From: an uncultured archaeon
GTDB taxonomy: Archaea > Altiarchaeota > Altiarchaeia > IMC4 > SCGC-AAA252-I15
Reading direction: 5' to 3'
NCBI GenBank assembly: GCA_902384455.1
Contig: CABMCB010000071.1
Span: forward strand, 64,001 to 128,000
Length of the DNA stretch: 64,000 nt
Part shown: piece by piece, positions 20,293-28,460 of the stretch
Numbering within the stretch: the first letter of the stretch is position 1
Layout: every line of letters starts with the position of its first letter
Position numbers and translations under genes: made by a program
The notes under the pieces: generated by a model
Databases searched by the model: none
The model's input: the letters and a program-made list of their open reading frames with translations, nothing else
What the model was told of the DNA's origin: nothing

Positions 20293-20404
20293 AAACTAGA
20301 TTTATTTACCGCAAACCCTAAAAACAATACCCGTAATCCATAAGCCGAGGTAGGCGCTAACCACAAGGGTTAGCTAACCGCGGCTTACGTCAAGACATCC
20401 AAAA

Positions 20405-20490
20405 GCCGAGGTGGCGGAGTTCGGACTAACGCGCGAGCCTGGAAAGCTCGTCTCCGAAAGGAGGCTTGGGTTCAAATCCCAACCTCGGCG
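20405..20490 (+). tRNA. tRNA-Ser(GGA)
   Basis: Acceptor GCCGAGG/CCTCGGC, anticodon arm CGAGC-CTGGAAA-GCTCG, long variable arm, T arm TTGGG-TTCAAAT-CCCAA, discriminator G; no encoded CCA. Confidence 0.96.
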
Positions 20491-20576
20491 TGAGCCCTTT
20501 CTTTCTTAAGAAGAAAGAAAGTGCTTCACCCCAAAGAAAGAATTCGGCAACCTACGGTTGCCTCAAACTATGCGCT

Positions 20577-20661
20577 GCCGAGGTGGCGGAATCCGGCTAT
20601 CGCGCACGCCTCGAAAGCGTGTTCCCACAAGGGAGTTTGGGTTCAAATCCCAACCTCGGCG
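20577..20661 (+). tRNA. tRNA-Ser(CGA)
   Basis: Acceptor GCCGAGG/CCTCGGC, anticodon arm CACGC-CTCGAAA-GCGTG, long variable arm TTCCC-ACAA-GGGAG, TTCAAAT T loop. Confidence 0.96.
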
Positions 20662-20725
20662 TTTCGAACGAAGTGAGAAATGCGAGGTTAGCAAGTCGAA
20701 AGAATTGCGCAAACCTCGGCGTTTC
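20652..20725 (+). repeat. 14-bp direct repeat of the tRNA-Ser 3' end
   Basis: AACCTCGGCGTTTC at 20652-20665 and 20712-20725. Confidence 0.85.
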
Positions 20726-20779
20726 CAGAAAACTCATCCACAAACAAAAAAGTTGTGAGTATAAAGGCGAGGAACGTCT

Positions 20780-21940
20780 TCAGATTGCTTTGACGATTGC
20801 GTCTTCGACTTTCTCCCCGATGACCTTGTTTGCTCTGTCTTCAGCCGCGAACTTCACCTTATCCAAAAGTCCCGGATAAGCCCTCGTATACTGCTCCTGG
20901 CAAAACCCTTTAGTCTCCTCATTTTTTATCCCGTCGCACATCGAGATGTTTTTGGCGGCTACCGCTACTTTGGACACGCAGCCGTCCGTGTCGTAAGGCA
21001 TAGACCTGCATTTCTGCGGGTCCTTCCACGCCACTGCGACATCTTCGATGCAGGAAACAGTGTTTGAGATGTCTTTAGTGCAATACAGCTCGTTCCCTCC
21101 GTTCATGGCGACTCCTGCGTAACATTTCTGCTGGTAGCCGTGGAGCTGGTCTGCCGAAAGTTTTGCGCAAATCTCAGGGTTAATTGAATTTATTCCGACT
21201 TCAGTCAAGCATTCATCCGTTCTGTCGCCGGTCATATTACATGCGGAAGCGTCCTTACCGTTGGCCGCTATGCAGAAGGTTCGGCTTTTTTCGTCGGTTA
21301 TTTTTTTGCATACGTCCGGGTCTTTTTTGCTTACGCCGACTTCCGTGTTGCAGTCGTCTCTAATCGAGATGTTGTTAACCTTGTCGCATTGGGTTGAGTC
21401 TCTGAGTGTCTTGCCTAATTCGACTTGGCAGTTCGTTTTCGTCTCCTCGTCGTTTACTATCTTATCGCATGCTTCCGTGCTGTTGCTGTATTTAGCAAAT
21501 CTTTCAAGGCAAAAATTCTTGGAGCCTGAATCGCTCAATTTCTCGCAAGTACTGACGTCATTTCCCGTTTGGGCGATTCCGAGGTAGCACCTAGATTTTT
21601 CAGTTTCATCCGATATCATGTCGCAGTATGTGGTGTCGCCACCTCTTTGAGCGAACTTATAGAAGCATGATTCCCGCGCCTTGTCTCCCTTGATGAGGGC
21701 GCACTTCTGCGGGTCGGTCACGGCCAGAGCAACGGCGTTGTAGCAATCCTGTTTCGCCTTATCTGTCGTCTGCTGCTCGCATATAGTCGGATCGCCCTTC
21801 TGCTTCGCATCATCGGTTATGGGGTCAGAATCGCCGAAAAGGCAGCCGGAAGAAAACACAAGCAAAACTACTGCGGTCAGCAAAACGAGCAAAAACACAG
21901 TTCCATACTCCCCACGAGATTTAATGGAGCACTTACTCAT
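20780..21940 (-). CDS. Secreted/lipoprotein-like Cys-repeat protein
   Basis: Hydrophobic leader ending SSGC; about 12 repeats of about 26 aa, D/NxxxCxxIxxxxxxxxCxxxxAxxxx. Confidence 0.85.
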   Translation of the reverse strand: MSKCSIKSRGEYGTVFLLVLLTAVVLLVFSSGCLFGDSDPITDDAKQKGDPTICEQQTTDKAKQDCYNAVALAVTDPQKCALIKGDKARESCFYKFAQRGGDTTYCDMISDETEKSRCYLGIAQTGNDVSTCEKLSDSGSKNFCLERFAKYSNSTEACDKIVNDEETKTNCQVELGKTLRDSTQCDKVNNISIRDDCNTEVGVSKKDPDVCKKITDEKSRTFCIAANGKDASACNMTGDRTDECLTEVGINSINPEICAKLSADQLHGYQQKCYAGVAMNGGNELYCTKDISNTVSCIEDVAVAWKDPQKCRSMPYDTDGCVSKVAVAAKNISMCDGIKNEETKGFCQEQYTRAYPGLLDKVKFAAEDRANKVIGEKVEDAIVKAI

Positions 21941-21999
21941 GCTTACCTTCCCCCGATATACTATTAGATAGAAATACGGTCTATGTTTAATAACGGCGT

Positions 22000-22206
22000 C
22001 TATCTCAGCCTTTCGTTCAGCAAGACGACTATCGCCTCTACCTGAAGCGGCTCAAGGTAAGGGCATTTATCTACGCCCTTAATGTCAGTGAACTCGTCAG
22101 AAAGAAACAACGCGAAGTCTTTACAAAGTTTAACCCCGCACTCCCCGCAGTCTCTGAGAGGCAGGTTCTTGTAAATCTTCATCGCCAAGACCGGGTCTGT
22201 CGCCAT
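22000..22206 (-). CDS. Small Fe-S-binding protein (stand-alone domain like the RnfB/CdhE N-terminus)
   Basis: IYKNLPLRDCGECGVKLCKDFA...KCPYL. Start taken at ATG 22206 (MATDPV), 68 aa. Confidence 0.8.
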   Translation of the reverse strand: MATDPVLAMKIYKNLPLRDCGECGVKLCKDFALFLSDEFTDIKGVDKCPYLEPLQVEAIVVLLNERLR

Positions 22207-22215
22207 TTTAGGTGT

Positions 22216-22375
22216 TGGTGTTCTGCGCCGGGTTGGGTTACAGTCACCCCATCCGGAGTTCATCACTCCCCCGGGAACCTTTTGGGTTCGGTCTTGCAAG
22301 AGCCTATATCCAGCGCAGTGTCGCCCCCCATTTGCGTTCCACATCATTAAATCAGCGGACTCTTCGCAGGCGGGC
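22216..22375 (-). ncRNA. Putative two-motif box H/ACA-type small RNA
   Basis: Hairpin 1: GCCCGCC/GGGGGGC, internal loop, UCCGC/GUGGA, K-loop CUGA-UUUA-AUGAUG, then G-ACA. Hairpin 2: CUGCGCUGG/CCGGCGCAG, then A-ACA-CCA. TTTAATTA box at 22406-22399. Confidence 0.6.
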
Positions 22376-22489
22376 TTACTTAAGATACGGCAAGAAGCTA
22401 ATTAAACAAACGACCGACCCCGGATTCTTCGTCCAACAACGTTAAAGGCCGTTCCCCTCTTTTAAGCCCGTTTTGGTAATCCTTGACGT

Positions 22490-23137
22490 ATGGGCCGTCG
22501 GACGGTAATTGTATGCGCGGGAGATGGTGTTGACCCGGGTTTTCTCCGGAGCTTCCTGCAAAAAGGCGACGTAGTCTATGCTGTAGATGGAGGGGCAGAC
22601 TACGCGCTCAAAGCGGGCATAATGCCCTGCTGCGTAATCGGGGATTTGGATTCGGTAAGCCCTGGTGCTCTTAGGGAATTCAAGTCTAAGGGAGTGCGCG
22701 TTCTGAAGAAGCCCGACCAGGAGAAAACCGACGCGGAATGCGCCGTGGAAAAAGCCCTCTCAGACGGTGCAGACGAAATCGTCCTCGTATGCGCTTTAGG
22801 CGGAAGAATAGACCATGAACTCGCCAACATACTTCTTGCGGCGTCGCTGACTGTGCCTGCGCGCATAATCGACGAGAAGACCGAGATCCAGGCGATCCAT
22901 TCAAAGGCAACCTTAGAGGGCGAAATCGGCGACACAGTCACAATACTCCCCCTAACGCAAGCAGCCGAAGGAATAACCCTCAAAGGATTCAAATACGAAA
23001 TGGAAAACGGCACTTTACCGTTCGGCTCGACCAAAGGCGTGTCCAACGTCCTAAATAAGAAGAAGGCAGTAATTTCAGTCACAGACGGCGTCATACTTGT
23101 CATCAAAACGAAAGGCGGAAAAAATGAAACAAAATAA
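22490..23137 (+). CDS. thiN: Thiamine diphosphokinase
   Basis: AVDGGA, IGDLDS, DQEKTD, GGRIDH, GVSN. Confidence 0.92.
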   Translation: MGRRTVIVCAGDGVDPGFLRSFLQKGDVVYAVDGGADYALKAGIMPCCVIGDLDSVSPGALREFKSKGVRVLKKPDQEKTDAECAVEKALSDGADEIVLVCALGGRIDHELANILLAASLTVPARIIDEKTEIQAIHSKATLEGEIGDTVTILPLTQAAEGITLKGFKYEMENGTLPFGSTKGVSNVLNKKKAVISVTDGVILVIKTKGGKNETK

Positions 23138-24173
23138 ACCCGAGTACTTGGTTGCTGCAATGGCTTTCACAGTTTTTGTCGCATTATGCCTAAACGGCGG
23201 CGAAACAAACAATACTCCCCCAAATTTGACTGCAAAGCCTACGCTAACAGTCTACACATACGACAGCTTCAACGCAGAATGGGGACCTGGCCCAAAAGTA
23301 TTCCCAATATTCGAATCCCAATGCAACTGTAAAGTCAACGTCATAACAGCAGGAGACACAGGCCAAGTACTGAACCGATTAATCTTGGAGAAGGACAATC
23401 CCAAGGCCGACGTCGTAGTGGGTATTGATAATAGTTTCCTTTCTAAGGCGCTTTCTGCCGGAATACTTGTTCCGTATTCTTCCAGAAACATCGAGAAAGT
23501 GCCTCAGCGCTTGCGCTTCGACTCAACAGGCAGCCTGACTCCTTATGATTACGGCTACGTCACATTCGTCTACGACAGCAGCAAAATAAGTCCGCCTAAT
23601 TCACTGCTGGACCTGCTTGATCCGAAGTACTCTAAAAAGTTTATTCTAGAGGACCCTAGGACTTCGAGTCCCGGCCTTATCTTTTTCATGCAGACTGTTC
23701 AGGCGTTGGGCGAAGACAAAGCATGGGTTTACTGGCGGAACCTGAGCAAGCAGGCGCTGGCGATCGCTCCAAGCTGGGACGAAGCTCAGACGCTTTTTTC
23801 CTCCGGCGAAGCCCCGATGTACTTAAGTTACGCCACAAGCCCAAGCTACTACGTTGAATACGAAAACAAGACCAATTTCCTCGCAGTAGATTTCTCAGAG
23901 GGGCTGTTGGAGCAGGTTGAAGGCTCCGGAATAGTTAAAGGGACTAGGAATGTAGAACTTGCTCAATCCTTCATAGACTTCACGTTGACTCCTGAATTCC
24001 AGAATGAACTCCCTCAGACGCAATGGATGTTTCCCGTGCTGCCTGACGCAAAAATACCTGAAAGCTTCAGTTACGCGGTCAAACCCAATAAAACGCTGAC
24101 GTTAAACACTAATCTAACCAGCGAAGACACCCAACGATGGCTTGCCCAATGGGAAGACGCAGTCAAAGCCTGA
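23124..24173 (+). CDS. thiB: Thiamine ABC transporter substrate-binding protein
   Basis: LTVYTYDSF..EWGPGP, PYDYGY, DPRTSSPG, SYATSP, QWMFPV. Start at ATG 23124. Confidence 0.92.
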   Translation: MKQNKPEYLVAAMAFTVFVALCLNGGETNNTPPNLTAKPTLTVYTYDSFNAEWGPGPKVFPIFESQCNCKVNVITAGDTGQVLNRLILEKDNPKADVVVGIDNSFLSKALSAGILVPYSSRNIEKVPQRLRFDSTGSLTPYDYGYVTFVYDSSKISPPNSLLDLLDPKYSKKFILEDPRTSSPGLIFFMQTVQALGEDKAWVYWRNLSKQALAIAPSWDEAQTLFSSGEAPMYLSYATSPSYYVEYENKTNFLAVDFSEGLLEQVEGSGIVKGTRNVELAQSFIDFTLTPEFQNELPQTQWMFPVLPDAKIPESFSYAVKPNKTLTLNTNLTSEDTQRWLAQWEDAVKA

Positions 24174-25744
24174 TAAACGCATCGCCCGCAATACTACTTC
24201 TGACTGCGGGACTGCTCATACCGCTTCTTGCAGTCCTACGCCTAACTTCCACGCTAACAGCGCAAAAAGCCGTTGAAATAATAGCGGGAAACTCCGACGC
24301 AATATTCTACACAATAATACAGGCAACAGCATCCACAATAGGGGCATTAGCGTTAGGGATACCTGCCGCATACCTGCTTGCCCGCCGCAGACTCCCGTTC
24401 CACAACGTAATCCGGGCGGCGACGCTCACGCCATTCGTAGTCCCAAGCATACTGGTCTCGCTCTCATTCGCGCTCTTCTTCGGAAACAACGGACTACTAA
24501 ACCGTGCACTAATGAGCGCGTTAAACCTCACGTCCCCCCCTCTGCCGATACTGTACGGATTCTGGACCATAATACTCGCCCACACAGTCTACAACTTCCC
24601 GGCAGTCGCGCGATTCGTCTCAGACAGCTGGGAACGCGCAGACGCCTCAACGCAAGAAGCAGCGGAAACACTCGGAGCCAGCAAATGGACTATATTCAGA
24701 AAAATAACATTCCCCCACATCAAAGGAAGTCTACTATCAATAAGCGTCCTAGTCTTCACATACTGCGCACTAAGCTTCGCCATACCCCTAACACTCGGAG
24801 GCATAAAATACGGGACAATCGAAGTAGCCATATACCAGACAGTAACACGCGACCTAAACCCCGCAGCAGGAGCACTACTAAGCCTACTACAGGCAGCATT
24901 CCTAATAGCATTCTCAACGCTAACCCTCTCCACGCAAAGAACACTAACATTCACAGGAAAAACAAACTACCGAGAAAAACTCCCACTCAAAATAAACCGC
25001 AACAACATATGGGTCATACCATACGCACTACTCATAACCCTAATAACACTCGGCCCCGCAGCATCAGTAATAGCATACTCACTCACAGCCAACAACGGCC
25101 AACCAACGCTCACATGGTACCAACAAATAATCGGACTAACACCCCAAAGCGCAATAGGCGCCGGCGGCCTCATAGCAATAAGAAACACACTGCTCATAGG
25201 AATATCCGCGGCAACATTGGCTGTAATAGCCGGATTCAGTTTGGCCGTAGCCCGCAAAACACATCCTACTTTGGCTAGAACCATAACTTATGCGCCGGTC
25301 GCATTCTCCACAGTCACGTTAGGCTTGGGTTTCCTGCTCACATACCCCACAGGACGCTGGTGGACCATCGCATTCGCCCACGCCGTAATAGCCCTACCAT
25401 TCACAGCCCGCATACTCACCCACGCGCTCGAAAACCTGCCGCCAGCATACGCTGAAGCAGCCGAAACGCTGGGGGCAAACCGCAAGCTATTGGCGCGAAA
25501 AATAACGCTACCTCTTCTTACCCCCTCCGTAATAACAGCCGGAAGCTTCGCCTTCGCAGTATCCGCAGGAGAACTCGCCGCAGTATCACTACTGTCCGAC
25601 GGCGCATGGCCGACTATGCCAGTCTACATATACAGGTTTCTCGCCAGCCGCCAACCCCACGGCGCAGCAGCAATGGGCGTAACACTCGCCCTTATTACCC
25701 TCGCGGCATTAATCGTCATAGAGAAAGCAGACAACAAAAAATGA
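24137..25744 (+). CDS. thiP: Thiamine ABC transporter permease
   Basis: Two EAA motifs (EAAETLGA), AHTVYNFP, 12 predicted TM helices; exact start uncertain. Confidence 0.88.
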   Translation: MACPMGRRSQSLINASPAILLLTAGLLIPLLAVLRLTSTLTAQKAVEIIAGNSDAIFYTIIQATASTIGALALGIPAAYLLARRRLPFHNVIRAATLTPFVVPSILVSLSFALFFGNNGLLNRALMSALNLTSPPLPILYGFWTIILAHTVYNFPAVARFVSDSWERADASTQEAAETLGASKWTIFRKITFPHIKGSLLSISVLVFTYCALSFAIPLTLGGIKYGTIEVAIYQTVTRDLNPAAGALLSLLQAAFLIAFSTLTLSTQRTLTFTGKTNYREKLPLKINRNNIWVIPYALLITLITLGPAASVIAYSLTANNGQPTLTWYQQIIGLTPQSAIGAGGLIAIRNTLLIGISAATLAVIAGFSLAVARKTHPTLARTITYAPVAFSTVTLGLGFLLTYPTGRWWTIAFAHAVIALPFTARILTHALENLPPAYAEAAETLGANRKLLARKITLPLLTPSVITAGSFAFAVSAGELAAVSLLSDGAWPTMPVYIYRFLASRQPHGAAAMGVTLALITLAALIVIEKADNKK

Positions 25745-26598
25745 ACCTAAAGCTGGAAAACACCACAGTCACACTCGGCAACTGGACGCTCCCGCCCACA
25801 ACAATCACAGAACCCTCCGGCACACTAACGACAATACTAGGCCCAAGCGGAAGCGGAAAAACAACAATACTACGACTAATATCCGGACTAACAACTCCCG
25901 ACGGAGGCCGCGTATTGTTCGACGGCTTAGACGTAACTGGCATTCCTGCTTCCAAGAGAAACGTCGGCTATGTCTTCCAGCAGAACGCTCTTTTCCCGCA
26001 CATGACCGTCCTTGAGAACATAATGTTTGGAGCTCAAGCGCGAGGAATCAAAAACCCCAAAGAAACAGCGGAAAAACTGTTGCCTCTCGTGGAGCTTAAG
26101 GGATTTGAAGGCCGCGCAATAGACGGGTTATCCGGGGGGGAGCAGCAGCGCGTTTCCATAGCTCGTGCGCTTGCTTCTCGCCCGAAGATTCTTCTTTTGG
26201 ACGAACCGTTGACTGGGTTGGCCGCCAACCTGAAGGAAACCCTCAAGTCCCTCATAAAAGACGTGCAACGACGACTTAATCTGACGGCGGTATATGTGAC
26301 TCACGACCAGGAGGAAGCATTCTACCTGTCAGACCGCATCTGCGTCTTTTCCCACCGCGGCGTGGAGCAGGAAGGCACGCCAGAAGACGTCTACCGGAAC
26401 CCTAAAACAGAATTCGTCAAAAACTTCCTATCAAACCACGTTCTATCAGAAGCCGAAGTCAAAAAAGAAAAAAATGAAAATTACGCGGAAGGAAAAATCA
26501 GGATGCCGCTCCCACAAAAATTCAAGGCAGGCGACCGAATACTCCTGTCTCTAAACAAAACAAACATCAAAAAGAAGGAAAAACAGGACAAAATTTAA
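25741..26598 (+). CDS. thiQ: ABC transporter ATP-binding protein (ThiQ-like)
   Basis: GPSGSGKT, LSGGEQQR, LLLDEP, VTHDQEEA; ATG at 25741 overlaps the thiP stop. Confidence 0.85.
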   Translation: MNLKLENTTVTLGNWTLPPTTITEPSGTLTTILGPSGSGKTTILRLISGLTTPDGGRVLFDGLDVTGIPASKRNVGYVFQQNALFPHMTVLENIMFGAQARGIKNPKETAEKLLPLVELKGFEGRAIDGLSGGEQQRVSIARALASRPKILLLDEPLTGLAANLKETLKSLIKDVQRRLNLTAVYVTHDQEEAFYLSDRICVFSHRGVEQEGTPEDVYRNPKTEFVKNFLSNHVLSEAEVKKEKNENYAEGKIRMPLPQKFKAGDRILLSLNKTNIKKKEKQDKI

Positions 26599-26643
26599 TT
26601 TTTCTGCTCAAAAAGTGGAGTAATATATACGAGAGGCACAACG

Positions 26644-27375
26644 ATGGTACAAACACAACCACCACAGGAACGAGGAAGTCCGGCCGTAGACGCCTTCAGA
26701 GGAGTCGAGCAAGTAATCGGAGAGGTGCGAGTCACTCGTGAACTTGTGCGGGAGGCAACGGAAGGGTCAGTCAAATTCTTCACCGACCTAGCCCAAGACG
26801 CGCAGATGCCCAAGCTCCTCAACCAAGCGAGAGCCGAAGAAGCCCACATACGATCCCTCAAGCGGAGAATGGGAATATCCGACAGGGAACTGCCCGACGT
26901 AAGGCCCGTCATCGAAATAGGCTTTTCCTCCCTCGACAAGATGCTCGAGCAGAGAATAGACGACCCGCGGGAAAGAGCCCAAGTCAGAGGCGAAATACGA
27001 AAATTACTCCGCGGAGTGCCCAACGCGCTCACAGTCACCCTCGACACAGACGGAGAAGCCATAACAGCCTCATCAACATTCGACGCGACCCGACGGCGGC
27101 TGTTTAGAGGATACACCGGAAAAGACCGGGAAATATCCACACAACCAGACGAACTAACTACATTCGCCACAGACCTCGCCCTCAAATACCCCCAACTCGC
27201 CCTCAAATACCCAGAACTGGGAGAACAGCTAGGCACAGCAACGACAACCCCCCTACTCGAAATAGGGCTCGCATGCGGCCTAACCCAGCTAGGCGAGAAC
27301 CTCCGAATCGCGCGAGAAACCATACAAAAAAGGTTCCCCACCATAGAGCCGCCCACACAAGGCGGACAACCGTAA
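26644..27375 (+). CDS. Hypothetical (orphan) protein
   Basis: 243-aa charged, helical-looking ORF with ATG start; LALKYP tandem duplication. Confidence 0.65.
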   Translation: MVQTQPPQERGSPAVDAFRGVEQVIGEVRVTRELVREATEGSVKFFTDLAQDAQMPKLLNQARAEEAHIRSLKRRMGISDRELPDVRPVIEIGFSSLDKMLEQRIDDPRERAQVRGEIRKLLRGVPNALTVTLDTDGEAITASSTFDATRRRLFRGYTGKDREISTQPDELTTFATDLALKYPQLALKYPELGEQLGTATTTPLLEIGLACGLTQLGENLRIARETIQKRFPTIEPPTQGGQP

Positions 27376-27380
27376 TAACA

Positions 27381-27482
27381 ATGGAAAAAAACGACGACGT
27401 ACGGAAGCTAATCAATGACATTGACGAGACGATAGCGTTAATCCAAAGCATTCAAAGACGCTACGGTCCAGGAACCGCATAG
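27381..27482 (+). CDS. Possible 33-aa peptide
   Basis: MEKNDDVRKLINDIDETIALIQSIQRRYGPGTA; starts 5 nt after the previous stop; amphipathic helix. Confidence 0.35.
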   Translation: MEKNDDVRKLINDIDETIALIQSIQRRYGPGTA

Positions 27483-27535
27483 TATTCCCCCCCCGGTTTC
27501 GTCGCATTGTCCCCCCGTACTATACATACGCCCAC

Positions 27536-28429
27536 CTAATTATCGAACACAGTCTCCTTACTCCTAGCTTTCTCTATCAGCTTTAGCCTCTCCACCGTGT
27601 CCATGTCTTCCACGAGCGAAGGGTAAGGCCCAGGTTCTATGTGAACTCCAGACTTGCTTCTGTACTCTTGCTTCACAAGAAGAGCCGTAAGAAGCCCCTC
27701 AAGCTCTGAAACTCCCACGCCTGCGCGCTCATACCTGCGCAGTATCGAATGCGCCTTAATCACTCCGCTTACGCCCTCGCTGAAAGAAACCCGGAATACC
27801 CTCTTAAGAAGCGCAGGCGTCATCTTCCAGGCGTTGCCCCTCAATCCCATAGTCCTGCGGGGATACACCGCGTCAAAAATGTCTCCAATCAACTCAATGT
27901 CAAGAGCACCAGGCTTAAACACAAGAAGATTACTATGGCAGAAATCCCGCACAACACCCTCCATTATGATGCGGTAACCCCTCTTATCAAACGACACAAG
28001 ATCCGCATCAACAACCCCAATAACAAGCCCACAACCCAAAAAAGGGCCGACTGCATCCATATACGCCTTAATCTCATCCACCTTCGGCATGACGTCATAA
28101 TAAATCAAAGCAAAAGGCGACTGTTCACCATACCTCCCAGACATGAAGTCGCATACACCCCGGATGTTTGAGCCCACAGAACCGTCAACATCAATAATCT
28201 CCGACCCAACAAGACCCCCATAAACCCTGCGCGGACCAGCAACCAAAACATCAGAAAAACAACCAGACTCCTCCAGAACCCTAATCAACTGCAAAATCAA
28301 AGGCCGACCCAAAAAAGAAACCTCCGCCCCCTTATACACTCCCTCAAGCGTGCCTTCGCCGTGAACCTTCTGCGTCTGACTGAAACGGGCGTTTGAGCCG
28401 GCAAGAACCACAACAGGAATATTACCCAT
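27536..28429 (-). CDS. NTP-transferase (MobA/GT-A fold)-like protein
   Basis: VVVLAG, KGAEVSFLGRPLI, IYYDVMP, C-terminal EDMDT. Confidence 0.65.
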   Translation of the reverse strand: MGNIPVVVLAGSNARFSQTQKVHGEGTLEGVYKGAEVSFLGRPLILQLIRVLEESGCFSDVLVAGPRRVYGGLVGSEIIDVDGSVGSNIRGVCDFMSGRYGEQSPFALIYYDVMPKVDEIKAYMDAVGPFLGCGLVIGVVDADLVSFDKRGYRIIMEGVVRDFCHSNLLVFKPGALDIELIGDIFDAVYPRRTMGLRGNAWKMTPALLKRVFRVSFSEGVSGVIKAHSILRRYERAGVGVSELEGLLTALLVKQEYRSKSGVHIEPGPYPSLVEDMDTVERLKLIEKARSKETVFDN

Positions 28430-28460
28430 ACGCTAAACTATTCCCCCCAACTTAGAAAAA

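Noticed and set aside
22000-22347. 115-aa version of the Fe-S ORF
   Set aside because: The N-terminal extension runs through the structured RNA; domain similarity begins after ATG 22206.
22216-22375. 6S RNA-like (GAACC-CAAAA-GGTTC hairpin recalls the 6S 3' bubble)
   Set aside because: No long closing rod and the host is archaeal; the K-loop and two ACA boxes fit H/ACA better.
22200-22490. TPP riboswitch upstream of thiN-thiBPQ
   Set aside because: No CUGAGA or AGCGUAGGGA core on either strand. A TATA-like box (22460-22466) sits about 24 nt before the thiN ATG, leaving no leader, and the structured element is on the opposite strand.
27175-27212. 21-bp-period duplication CTCGCCCTCAAATACCC
   Set aside because: A simple in-frame slippage duplication (LALKYP x2) with no sign of function.
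26595-27356. Minus-strand 253-aa ORF
   Set aside because: Ser-rich antisense shadow of 26644-27375, which has an ATG start and protein-like composition.
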